This document shows positions 9,027 through 18,301 of a stretch of 64,000 nt of DNA, in pieces. The notes below the pieces were generated by a model that searched no databases, had not been told where the DNA came from, and saw only the letters and a program-made list of their open reading frames with translations. The position numbers and the translations under genes are program-made. Within the stretch, counting starts at the first letter, position 1, and each line of letters begins with the position of its first letter. The DNA comes from an uncultured Candidatus Saccharibacteria bacterium (GTDB lineage Bacteria > Patescibacteriota > Minisyncoccia > Phycocordibacterales > UBA9973): the NCBI GenBank assembly GCA_964482735.1, contig CAYZYV010000003.1, positions 63,097 through 127,096 on the forward strand, read 5' to 3'.

Positions 9027-10651
9027 TATTTTAAGTATTCAGTAAGGGTTAATCCTGATTCTTTTATTTTTTTAGCTAAATCTTGTCCTACGTAGCGATA
9101 GTGCCAAGGCTCATATTTATATCCTGTTATACTTTCTTTTTCATAGGGGTAACTTAATATAAAGCCATATCTGTAAGCATTGTCTCTTAGCCACAACTCT
9201 TCTTTTGTGTTATCAAACAATATCGTTGCTGAAGCATAATTGATAGATTCTCCAGAGAGATCAACGGTTGTTCCTAATTGGTGTTCAGAGTACCCAGGTT
9301 TAGCAACTGATATCAGTGGATTTTTTAAATCCGAAAGTGCATTATTAAAGATATTTTTTTGATAAGCATAATCTCGAAAAGCAGAAGTTGCTTTGATTTT
9401 TAGATTTTCACTAGACGCATTGTCAATCATTAGATTTAGATATTTTTTTGCTTCTTGTGTTAGACAGGTATTTTTATTGGTAGATAAAATACCAAGTTCT
9501 ACTAAATCCTTTGGAATATAGCTTTTGTCCGGTAATCCAGTTTCCTGACCAATGTTTAGAAACGACATATCGTTGTATTCTTTGCTAGGTTTAGGACATT
9601 TTGAATTCGAAGCTTCCTCCATCTTTGCAAGCTCGTCTTCTTCAAAGAGTCCTGTTATTTGGTATTTTTTATTCTGAACACTAATTAAGTGTTTAATTTC
9701 TTTTATTTCTTTGCCTTCAAAAGTAGCCATCACGACCATTCCTCTCATTGTTTCTTTTGAAAAATATTGATCAAAAATAAAGTTACCTAAAGAATAAAAT
9801 ATTGGTTTATTTTTATAATACTCTACATCTTCTATCACATGAGGATGATGTCCGATTACCATGTCCGCCCCATAGTCTATGGCAAGATGGGCAACTTTTT
9901 CTTGTCTTTTGTTGTGAATTTTTTCATATTCTTCACCAAAGTGAATTGAAACGATTAAAACGTCAACCGATTCTTTGGCTTTAGCAATGATGCTAGAAAA
10001 ATTAGGATCATCTACTAGAAGTATTCCACTTTTATTTTTGCCCGCTTCCATCCATTTAGGACCCACATCTGAAAATCCAAGAAAACCAAAATTAACCCCA
10101 TTTTTGTTTATGATAACGGGTTTTTCTGCTTCTTCTCTAGTAGATCCGGCTCCTACAAAAGCTAAGTCATTCTCCTTTAGTCTTAGAAGCGTGTCGTTAA
10201 AAGCTTTGACATTCCAATCACCAACGTGGTTATTGGCAAATGATAATACTTTAAAACCAAAGTCTTTGATAGCGGGTAAGACCTCGGGATTCATTCGAAA
10301 AGAATATTTACTGCCAACATTGTTACCAACAGTAGATACTGGGCCTTCTAAATTTCCAAAGAGGATATCTGCTTCTTTTAATTGTGAGGCATTTTTGAAT
10401 AGCTCAGAAAAGTTTCCGTTAAAGTTTTTTTCGACAGAGCTTTGAACACCTCGGGTGAGCATGATATCTCCAACAAAATAAATTTTTGTGTGAGGGATAG
10501 CTTCGGTGATGGGGGTTTTTATATCCAATGACTCTACATTATTTGTATCACCACCTTTATTTTTGATAGGGAATAAGACAACAACTAAAAGAGAAATAAC
10601 CAAGGCTACTAAAGAAAAAATTATTTGAATTTTTGATCCTTTGTTTTCCAT
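9026..10651 (-). CDS. Membrane-anchored CapA/PGA_cap metallophosphoesterase fused to an M15B (VanY-like) D,D-carboxypeptidase
   Basis: N-terminal TM; GDIML, NLEGP, ANNH, GHHPH, YSLGNF; C-terminal SAFR, PGYSEHQLG, YEPWH. Confidence 0.88.
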   Translation of the reverse strand: MENKGSKIQIIFSLVALVISLLVVVLFPIKNKGGDTNNVESLDIKTPITEAIPHTKIYFVGDIMLTRGVQSSVEKNFNGNFSELFKNASQLKEADILFGNLEGPVSTVGNNVGSKYSFRMNPEVLPAIKDFGFKVLSFANNHVGDWNVKAFNDTLLRLKENDLAFVGAGSTREEAEKPVIINKNGVNFGFLGFSDVGPKWMEAGKNKSGILLVDDPNFSSIIAKAKESVDVLIVSIHFGEEYEKIHNKRQEKVAHLAIDYGADMVIGHHPHVIEDVEYYKNKPIFYSLGNFIFDQYFSKETMRGMVVMATFEGKEIKEIKHLISVQNKKYQITGLFEEDELAKMEEASNSKCPKPSKEYNDMSFLNIGQETGLPDKSYIPKDLVELGILSTNKNTCLTQEAKKYLNLMIDNASSENLKIKATSAFRDYAYQKNIFNNALSDLKNPLISVAKPGYSEHQLGTTVDLSGESINYASATILFDNTKEELWLRDNAYRYGFILSYPYEKESITGYKYEPWHYRYVGQDLAKKIKESGLTLTEYLK

Positions 10652-10652
10652 T

Positions 10653-12584
10653 TTAAACTAACTGATAATCTATAGTTTTTCTGTTTTGATCAGTATTTTT
10701 TACTGAGAATTTAATCTTGTCTCCAAGTGTGTATTTTCTATGAGTTCTTTTGCCTATTATACTCATTCCTTTTTTATCGAACACGAAAAAATCAGCTCCC
10801 AATTCTCGAATAGGAATCATGCCTTCGCATCTCGATTCTTTTTCTTCAACGTACAAACCCCATTCGGTGACTCCAGTAATAGTTCCTTCAAACTTTTGTC
10901 CTATACGGCTAGACATATATTCTACCTGCTTATACTTAATAGAATTTCTTTCAGCTTCTTGGGCTTCTTTTTCACGTGCTGAAGATTGTAAACTAATCTT
11001 TTCATATTCTTGCCACTTTTCTTTTGGAATAGATCTCTTTTCTAAGGCTTCAAGTAACAATCTGTGGACTACGACATCCGGATATCTTCTAATAGGGGAT
11101 GTGAAGTGTGTGTAATGTTTAAAACCGAGACCAAAATGCCCGATGTTTTTTGTAGAGTAAATTGCTTTAGACATCGTACGTATTATGGCCGTGTTGACTG
11201 TATCTTTAATAGGACTATTTTCTAGAAGGCTGGCAAGTCTATTTATTTCTTGGGAAGTAATCAATCCGTCTTTAAGATTTATTTTGTAACCAAGTTTTTT
11301 TAAGAAAGAAACAAGGTCTTGAACTTTTTCTTTATTTGGTAAATCGTGAATTCTGTATAAAAACACGCCTGCCTCTTTTTTCATTTTCTTAGAAATAAAT
11401 TCTGCAACCTCTCGGTTAGCCAAAAGCATTAATTCTTCTATCATCTTATTGGAATCTCCTCTTTCTTTGACGTAGACAGAAATAGGCAAGCCTTTATCAT
11501 CTAAAACGAATCTAACCTCATCTTGTTCTAGCGAAATAGCCCCCTCCTCGAATCTTTTTTTGTGTAATTTCTTAGCAATCTGATTTAAGACAACCAACTC
11601 TTCACTAAATTCTCCATTCTTACTTTTGATTACTTCTTCGGCTTCTTCATACGTAAATCTTTTGTCTGAATGAATAATGGTTTTACCAAACCATCTTTTA
11701 ATTACAATTCCATTTTTATCCATTTCAAATAGGGCAGAGAAGGCCAATCTGTCTTCTCCTGGTTTCAAACTACAAATATCGTTTGATAATTCTTCTGGAA
11801 GCATTGGTATGGTTCTATCTACTAAGTAAACAGAGGTTCCTCTTTCTCTAGCTTCTTTATCAAGTACTCCTCCTTTTGTAACAAAATGAGAAACATCTGC
11901 GATGTGAACTCCAATTTCAAAATGACCATTTGGAAGTTTGCTAAAAGAAATAGCATCATCGAAATCTTTTGCATCTACTGGGTCTATTGTGACGGTTGTA
12001 ACACTTCTTAAATCTTTTCTCTTGCTAAGTTCCTTTTCGTTAATTTCTATTTTTGCGACTTTCTTAGCCTCATTAGAAACTATATCTGGAAAGTTATTAT
12101 CAAAACCTTTTTCTAGTGCAATAGCTTGCATCTCAGCTTCATTTTCAAAAGGTTTACCTAGCACCTTTTTAATTTCCCCAACAGGTGGTCGTTCACTATT
12201 TTTCCAATTAGTAATAACTCCAAACACTTTCTGTCCAACGGTAGCCCCGTTTAGCTTATCCTTAGGAATAACTATGTCGACGTAAGTTTTTGTGTCGCTT
12301 GGATTAAGGTAGAAAATCCCATTTTCTTCTTCGAGTATACCGGCATGACCCTTTTTTGCTCTTGATACAATTTCTATAACTTCACCGCTTTGATTTGATT
12401 CAGGTTTTTTAGGGTGCAACAAAACCATTACAGTATCACCATTTAGGGCTGTTCCTAAAAATTCTCTAGCTATCTCTATAATTTCATCAGATTCAGGTAT
12501 TCTGATTATCCCTTCTTTTTTATGAGTTATTATAATGTTACCAAGAAGGGTATTTTTACTGTCTTTTTTTTCTTGTTTTTTCAC
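10653..12584 (-). CDS. rnr: Ribonuclease R (probable GTG start at 12584)
   Basis: TIDPVDAKDFDDAIS, HFTSPIRRYPD, C-terminal S1 domain. Confidence 0.95.
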   Translation of the reverse strand: MKKQEKKDSKNTLLGNIIITHKKEGIIRIPESDEIIEIAREFLGTALNGDTVMVLLHPKKPESNQSGEVIEIVSRAKKGHAGILEEENGIFYLNPSDTKTYVDIVIPKDKLNGATVGQKVFGVITNWKNSERPPVGEIKKVLGKPFENEAEMQAIALEKGFDNNFPDIVSNEAKKVAKIEINEKELSKRKDLRSVTTVTIDPVDAKDFDDAISFSKLPNGHFEIGVHIADVSHFVTKGGVLDKEARERGTSVYLVDRTIPMLPEELSNDICSLKPGEDRLAFSALFEMDKNGIVIKRWFGKTIIHSDKRFTYEEAEEVIKSKNGEFSEELVVLNQIAKKLHKKRFEEGAISLEQDEVRFVLDDKGLPISVYVKERGDSNKMIEELMLLANREVAEFISKKMKKEAGVFLYRIHDLPNKEKVQDLVSFLKKLGYKINLKDGLITSQEINRLASLLENSPIKDTVNTAIIRTMSKAIYSTKNIGHFGLGFKHYTHFTSPIRRYPDVVVHRLLLEALEKRSIPKEKWQEYEKISLQSSAREKEAQEAERNSIKYKQVEYMSSRIGQKFEGTITGVTEWGLYVEEKESRCEGMIPIRELGADFFVFDKKGMSIIGKRTHRKYTLGDKIKFSVKNTDQNRKTIDYQLV

Positions 12585-12644
12585 TTTATGAGTATAACAT
12601 ACAACTTGCAATATGTAACTTGGTGTGATAATATGATTTCACAT

Positions 12645-12950
12645 ATGTTAAAGATAAGACTACAAAGAACTGGTCGCAAAAATAATGCCGCTTTTCGGGT
12701 GGTTTTGACTGATTCTAAGAATTCTGCTAAAAGTGGAAAATTTAAAGAGATTTTAGGATCTTATGATTTAAAGAAAGGGGAAGTGATATTTAAACAAGAT
12801 AGAATTTCCTACTGGATGTCAAACGGAGCACAAGTTTCAGATACCGTTCATAATTTCTTGGTTAAAGAAAAGATGATAGAAGGTAAAAAGAAAAACGTTT
12901 TACCTAAGAAAGCTCCAACCAAACCCCGCAAAGAATTGAAAAAGGCTTAA
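12645..12950 (+). CDS. rpsP: 30S ribosomal protein S16
   Basis: MLKIRLQRTGRKN...GAQVSDTV. Confidence 0.96.
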   Translation: MLKIRLQRTGRKNNAAFRVVLTDSKNSAKSGKFKEILGSYDLKKGEVIFKQDRISYWMSNGAQVSDTVHNFLVKEKMIEGKKKNVLPKKAPTKPRKELKKA

Positions 12951-12956
12951 TTTTCG

Positions 12957-12993
12957 AACTTAAAAGACCCGTATAGTACGGGTCTTTTAAGTT
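12957..12993. terminator. Intrinsic terminator after rpsP
   Basis: Perfect 17-bp arms aacttaaaagacccgta/tacgggtcttttaagtt. Confidence 0.85.
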
Positions 12994-13085
12994 GCAACTG
13001 GTTGTCTTAATATGATATAATATACAATAGAGCAGTTTGTAGTCGTACGCTGCGAAAGATTAAGAATAATACTTATTAAGAATAT

Positions 13086-13412
13086 ATGGCAGACGATAAA
13101 GCATTTTTAGAATACATCGTGAAATCATTGGTTGATAATCCAGAGGATGTAAAAATTGACCGAGTGGTAGACGAAATGGGTGTGCTTATAACTATGACAG
13201 TCAATAAGAACGACATGGGAAAGATTATTGGTCGTCAAGGAAATACAGCAAAAGCTATCAGAACTCTACTTCGAGTTATTGGAATGAAAAACAATGCTCG
13301 CGTAAATCTAAAGATTAACGAACCAGAAGGAAGCGAAAAGGAATCTCCTGTAACTCAGAGCGAATCTTCAAAGTCAGTAGAGGATGCTCTAGAAGACCTA
13401 AAAGGAATCTAA
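13086..13412 (+). CDS. khpA: KH-domain RNA-binding protein KhpA
   Basis: LVDNPEDV, DMGKIIGRQGNTAKAIRTLL; lies between rpsP and trmD. Confidence 0.9.
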   Translation: MADDKAFLEYIVKSLVDNPEDVKIDRVVDEMGVLITMTVNKNDMGKIIGRQGNTAKAIRTLLRVIGMKNNARVNLKINEPEGSEKESPVTQSESSKSVEDALEDLKGI

Positions 13413-13417
13413 ATAAT

Positions 13418-13457
13418 AAAAATTAAAAGTCCTCCGTTATGGAGGACTTTTAATTTT
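13418..13457. terminator. Intrinsic terminator after khpA
   Basis: aaaattaaaagtcctcc-gttat-ggaggacttttaatttt. Confidence 0.8.
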
Positions 13458-13477
13458 GTGATAAAATGAAAGGGTAT

Positions 13478-14182
13478 ATGAAATATCACATAATTACATT
13501 ATTTCCGGAGATGTTTGACTCATATTTAAATGAGTCTATTTTGGGGCGGGCGATTAAAAATAAAAAAATATCTGTTTCGTTTACTAACCCCCGAAAATTT
13601 GTTAGTGGAAAATATAAAAAAGTTTGGCCAGATGGAAATGTTTCTTTGCAAATAGATGAAAGGCCCTACGGTGGTGGTCCAGGAATGGTCATGATGGCTG
13701 AACCAGTTATCAAGGCGGTTTTATCTATTACGAAAAAGATTTCTAAGGATAAAAAAACAAGAAAAGTTTTGATAATTAATTTCATGCCAAACGCAAAAAA
13801 GTTTGATACCAAGAAGGCTAAGGGAATATCCAAAAAATACACAGATATAATAATGATTTGTGGACGGTACGAAGGTATTGATTCTAGAGTTAATAAGGTA
13901 ATCAAAAAAGAAGGTTATAAAATAGAAAACATTTCAGTGGGGGACTATGTTTTGACAGGTGGAGAAATTCCAGCAATGATATTGGTAGATTCTATTTCAA
14001 GGCAGATAGAAGGAGTTCTCGGTAATTTTAATTCACGAGAGGAAGAGAGGGTTTCATCTAGTGAAATATATACACGACCGGAAGTTTTAGCTTTTAATGG
14101 AAAAAAATATAAAGTTCCAAAAGTTTTACTTTCCGGTAATCACAAAAATATAGATAGTTGGAAAAGCAAAAATAAAAAATAG
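13478..14182 (+). CDS. trmD: tRNA (guanine-N1)-methyltransferase
   Basis: ITLFPEMF, PYGGGPGMVM, CGRYEGID, GDYVLTGGE. Confidence 0.96.
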   Translation: MKYHIITLFPEMFDSYLNESILGRAIKNKKISVSFTNPRKFVSGKYKKVWPDGNVSLQIDERPYGGGPGMVMMAEPVIKAVLSITKKISKDKKTRKVLIINFMPNAKKFDTKKAKGISKKYTDIIMICGRYEGIDSRVNKVIKKEGYKIENISVGDYVLTGGEIPAMILVDSISRQIEGVLGNFNSREEERVSSSEIYTRPEVLAFNGKKYKVPKVLLSGNHKNIDSWKSKNKK

Positions 14183-14205
14183 CTAAACCGTGTTAAAATA
14201 AAAAA

Positions 14206-14811
14206 GTGAAAAAAGAATTTCTAAAATCTAATAAAGCATTTACCCAGATAGTAGATTTTGATGAAGTTTCGATTACATCGAAACGTTCTAAAGAACCATC
14301 ATCAAAATTCACTACGGGGTTCACCCTAATTGAACTTCTGGTTGTTATTGCTATTATTGGAATACTTTCTTCGGTAGTTATAGCTTCGTTGGGAAGTGCT
14401 AGAGATAAAGGAAATGACACTAAAAGAAAAGCTGATTTACATCAAATACAAAATGCCCTTGAGTTATATTATAGCGAGTGTGGAACTTTTTTGGTTGCTC
14501 CAAGTTGTAATGGAACACCCTATGGTGGAGATTGGAGTGGAATTTTTGGTGGTTGGTTTAATGTTAATTATGGGACTGGAGCGGTATCTCAAGGATTAAT
14601 CACTTTAGGTTTGGTTGGTGGTGAAATTAAAGAACCATCCAATGTTGCAAATAAAAGATATATGATATCTTTAAATAAGGATCACTATACAATTTGGGCG
14701 ACACTTTCATCCCCGTCTTCACAAGATTTAAGTACTCTTAATAAATGCTACTTCAGTAATTGGGACAATTATGCAGGGGCCAGCTATCAGAATTATTGCC
14801 TTAGTAACTAA
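14206..14811 (+). CDS. Type IV pilin / GspG-like pseudopilin
   Basis: GFTLIELLVVIAIIGILSSVV; RDKGNDTKRKADLHQIQNALELYY. Confidence 0.9.
   Translation: MKKEFLKSNKAFTQIVDFDEVSITSKRSKEPSSKFTTGFTLIELLVVIAIIGILSSVVIASLGSARDKGNDTKRKADLHQIQNALELYYSECGTFLVAPSCNGTPYGGDWSGIFGGWFNVNYGTGAVSQGLITLGLVGGEIKEPSNVANKRYMISLNKDHYTIWATLSSPSSQDLSTLNKCYFSNWDNYAGASYQNYCLSN
14243..14319 (+). repeat. CCCAG...TACGGGG hairpin element, in frame in the pilin leader
   Basis: cccagatagta...cactacgggg ends; stem attttgatga/tcatcaaaat enclosing two small hairpins; AFT and GFT codons 81 nt apart. Confidence 0.8.
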
Positions 14812-14916
14812 AGGTTTTTAACAGATTTGCAAACAATATACAGAAGAGATATAATAATTTCGTGGTAGAGTGTAAATAAAACAATAACGCATACTAGGCT
14901 TTTTAGCTGTAAACGC

Positions 14917-14945
14917 TTGACAAGCCATTGTTTTTTGTATATACT
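14917..14945 (+). promoter_or_regulatory. Sigma70 promoter of rpoB
   Basis: TTGACA-17nt-TATACT. Confidence 0.75.
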
Positions 14946-15101
14946 CCTTTTTAGATTGAAAAAGATTGAGTTATGGATCAATCCTCATTTATTAGACAAA
15001 ATAGGCTCTTGTGTTAAAAAATAACATTGCCATTAATTATCAATAAGTTAAAGCAATAGGGTTTTGACCGACCTTAGTGTTTTTTTGTTATAAATTTTTA
15101 T

Positions 15102-18100
15102 ATGAAAAAAACTGCGATAAGAGAGAAGAAGTATTTTAGTCGATATAAAAAACCATTGATTCCGTTGCCCAATCTAATAGAAAACCAATTGATGTCTTTT
15201 AATTGGTTAGTTGAACAGGGGCTCAAAGAGGTTTTTAAAGAATTTTCACCTATAAATGATTATTCTGAGAAAAAGTTTCAACTTGATTTTACATCATTTG
15301 TTTTGTCTGAGCCAAAATTTGATGAGGAGTATGCAAAAATAAATAAATTAACTTATGAAGGTAATTTAAAGGCAAGAGTAAAACTTCTTAACAAAACTAT
15401 TGGTACAACAAAAGAGCAAGAAATTTTTATGGCAGACGTTCCAATGATGACTCGTCATGGAACTTTCATAATTAACGGAGTAGAAAGAGTTATCGTTCCA
15501 CAACTAACTCGATCTTTTGGAGTTTTCTTTACAGAATTAGAAATAAAAGCCAAAAGGTTATTTGGAGCAAAAATAATTCCTGCACGAGGAGTTTGGATTG
15601 AAATAGAATCAGATAACGATGGAGCAATCTATGTGAGAGTTGATAAAAAGAGAAAATTCTCAGTCGCTTCTCTTTTGAGAGTTTTGGGACTTGAAAAAGA
15701 CGAAGATATCTTAAAGGCTTTTGAAGGCAATGAAGAGGCAGTTAAGACAATAAAAATTTCTATTGAAAAAGATCCAGCAAAATCAGCGCTCGAATCTTAT
15801 ATTGAAATATATAAGAGACTAAGAGATGGAGATTTAGCTACACCAGAAAATGCTAGAGATTTCATTACATCATTATTCTCACCAGAAAGATACGACATTT
15901 CTCCGGTTGGAAGATTTAGATTTAATAAGCGTTTCGGTATGGGGATGACAGACAAAGAATTGGAATTAAGAACGATAACTAACGCAGACATCGTGGCTAT
16001 GATTAAGAATATAGTTCTATTGAACGGAGATCCAAATGCAAAAGCTGATGATATTGACCACTTGGGACAAAGAAGAGTTCGTTTCGTAGGTGAAATGCTT
16101 CAGCAAAAGTTTAGAGTTGGTATGACTCAAATCAAGAGAAACATTCAAGACAAAATGTCTGTTATAGATGTTGGTACAACAATGCCTATCCAGGTTATCA
16201 ACCAAAGACCATTACAGGCTAGAGTGAAAGAATTTTTTACTGCAAACCAGCTTTCACAATTCATGAACCAAGAAAACGTGGTTGCAGAAGTAGAACACTT
16301 GAGAACTTTATCCGCACTTGGTCCTGGAGGTTTAACAAGAGAAAGAGCTGGCTTGGAAGTTCGAGACGTGCACACTTCTCACTATGGTAGAGTTTGTCCT
16401 ATTCACACACCTGAAGGTCCAAACATTGGATTGATAGTTCACTTGGCTACTTATGCGAGAATCAATGAATTTGGAATAATAGAAACTCCATATGTTAAAG
16501 TAAAGAATGGAAAAATTACAAACGAAGTTGTTTACCTAAATGCTCTAGAAGAAGAAAAGAGTAACATTGCTCATGCCGGAGTAGCTTATGATGACAATGG
16601 AAATATAATCAAAGATAAGGTAGAAGCTAGAATAAAAACAAAACCAGGTATTATTCCTAGAGAAGAAGTTGAATATATAGATGTAGCTACAACTCAAGCT
16701 TTCTCATTGGCGACTTCGATGATTCCTTTCTTGGAACATAACGATGCACACAGAGCACTCATGGGAAGTAACATGCAGAAACAAGCATTACCTTGTGTAA
16801 ACCCAGAAGCCCCATTAGTTGCCACAGGAATAGAAGAAAGAGTCAGTCGTGATTCAGGAAGATTAATAATCTCAGAAGTGAACGGAGAGGTTGTTTTTGT
16901 GGATGCAAAAAAGATAACAGTTAAAGATGATAAAGGAAAAGATCATAATTATCCGTTAGTTATTTTCTCAAGAACAAACAATTTCTCAGTATTTCACCAA
17001 AGACCATCTGTTTCATTGGGGGATAAGGTTAAAAAGGGAGACGTGCTTGCAGATACAAGTACTACTGTTGGAGGGCAAACAGCTTTGGGGCAAAATGTTC
17101 TTGTTGGATTTATGTCTTGGGCAGGTGCTAACTATGAGGACGCCATAATTCTTTCAGAAAGATTGGTTAAAGATAGTAAATTTACAAGTATATATGTCAC
17201 AGAATTCGTATGTAATGTTCGTGATACAAAACTTGGACCAGAAATAACTACTAGAGATATTCCAAACGTTGGAGAAAATAAATTAAAAGATTTGGATGAA
17301 GACGGAATAATTGTTGTCGGAGCAGAAGTTAAAGAAAACGATATCTTGGTTGGTAAGATTACACCAAAAGGGGAAACAGAACTTACTCCAGAAGAAAGAT
17401 TGTTGAGATCTATTTTCACCGAAAAAGCTCGAGACGTTAAAGATACTTCTCTTAGACTAGAACATGGTAAAAGAGGAAGAGTTATAGGAGTAAAGATATT
17501 CTCTAGAGATCAAGGTCACAACCTAGAATCAGGAATAATAAAGAGGATCGTTGTTGAAATTGCTCAATTAAGAAATATCTCAGTTGGAGACAAACTATCA
17601 GGACGCCACGGTAACAAAGGTGTTATCTCTTTGATATTGCCAGAAGAAGATATGCCTTACATGGCAGATGGTACACCACTGGATGTTATCTTGACACCAC
17701 TTGGAGTTCCTTCACGTATGAACCTAGGACAGATTTTGGAAATGCACTTGGGATATGCAGCTAACACTCTAGGATACCAAGCTATCGTTCCTCCATTCAC
17801 TTCCGCAACAGTTCCAGAAATTAAAGAAGAATTAGTAAAAGCAGGATTACCAGAAAGTGGAAAAGTAACATTATTTGATGGAAGAACAGGAGATGCTTTT
17901 GACCAAGACATTGCAATTGGTTATATGTACCTATTGAAACTTCACCACATGGTTGAAGATAAATTACACATGCGTTCTATCGGACCATACTCTTTGATTA
18001 CTCAACAACCACTAGGAGGAAAAGCACAAGGCGGAGGACAGAGATTCGGAGAAATGGAGGTCTGGGCACTCGAAGGACATGGAGCTGCTTATACACTAAG

Positions 18101-18281
18101 AGAAATGTTAACTATTAAGTCTGATGATATTATGGGTCGTTCACAGGCTTTTGACTCAATAATTAAAGGAAATCCTATTGGTGAGCCAAACATCCCAGCA
18201 TCCTTTAATGTTTTGTTAAATTATTTGAGAGGTTTAGCATTAGATGTAGAGCTTAAGAAATCTACGGAAAATAAAGATTAA
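15102..18281 (+). CDS. rpoB: RNA polymerase beta subunit
   Basis: GTFIINGVERV, GDKLSGRHGNKGV, GGQRFGEMEVWAL. Confidence 0.99.
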   Translation: MKKTAIREKKYFSRYKKPLIPLPNLIENQLMSFNWLVEQGLKEVFKEFSPINDYSEKKFQLDFTSFVLSEPKFDEEYAKINKLTYEGNLKARVKLLNKTIGTTKEQEIFMADVPMMTRHGTFIINGVERVIVPQLTRSFGVFFTELEIKAKRLFGAKIIPARGVWIEIESDNDGAIYVRVDKKRKFSVASLLRVLGLEKDEDILKAFEGNEEAVKTIKISIEKDPAKSALESYIEIYKRLRDGDLATPENARDFITSLFSPERYDISPVGRFRFNKRFGMGMTDKELELRTITNADIVAMIKNIVLLNGDPNAKADDIDHLGQRRVRFVGEMLQQKFRVGMTQIKRNIQDKMSVIDVGTTMPIQVINQRPLQARVKEFFTANQLSQFMNQENVVAEVEHLRTLSALGPGGLTRERAGLEVRDVHTSHYGRVCPIHTPEGPNIGLIVHLATYARINEFGIIETPYVKVKNGKITNEVVYLNALEEEKSNIAHAGVAYDDNGNIIKDKVEARIKTKPGIIPREEVEYIDVATTQAFSLATSMIPFLEHNDAHRALMGSNMQKQALPCVNPEAPLVATGIEERVSRDSGRLIISEVNGEVVFVDAKKITVKDDKGKDHNYPLVIFSRTNNFSVFHQRPSVSLGDKVKKGDVLADTSTTVGGQTALGQNVLVGFMSWAGANYEDAIILSERLVKDSKFTSIYVTEFVCNVRDTKLGPEITTRDIPNVGENKLKDLDEDGIIVVGAEVKENDILVGKITPKGETELTPEERLLRSIFTEKARDVKDTSLRLEHGKRGRVIGVKIFSRDQGHNLESGIIKRIVVEIAQLRNISVGDKLSGRHGNKGVISLILPEEDMPYMADGTPLDVILTPLGVPSRMNLGQILEMHLGYAANTLGYQAIVPPFTSATVPEIKEELVKAGLPESGKVTLFDGRTGDAFDQDIAIGYMYLLKLHHMVEDKLHMRSIGPYSLITQQPLGGKAQGGGQRFGEMEVWALEGHGAAYTLREMLTIKSDDIMGRSQAFDSIIKGNPIGEPNIPASFNVLLNYLRGLALDVELKKSTENKD

Positions 18282-18301
18282 TAATTTATTTATTTAAAAT
18301 T

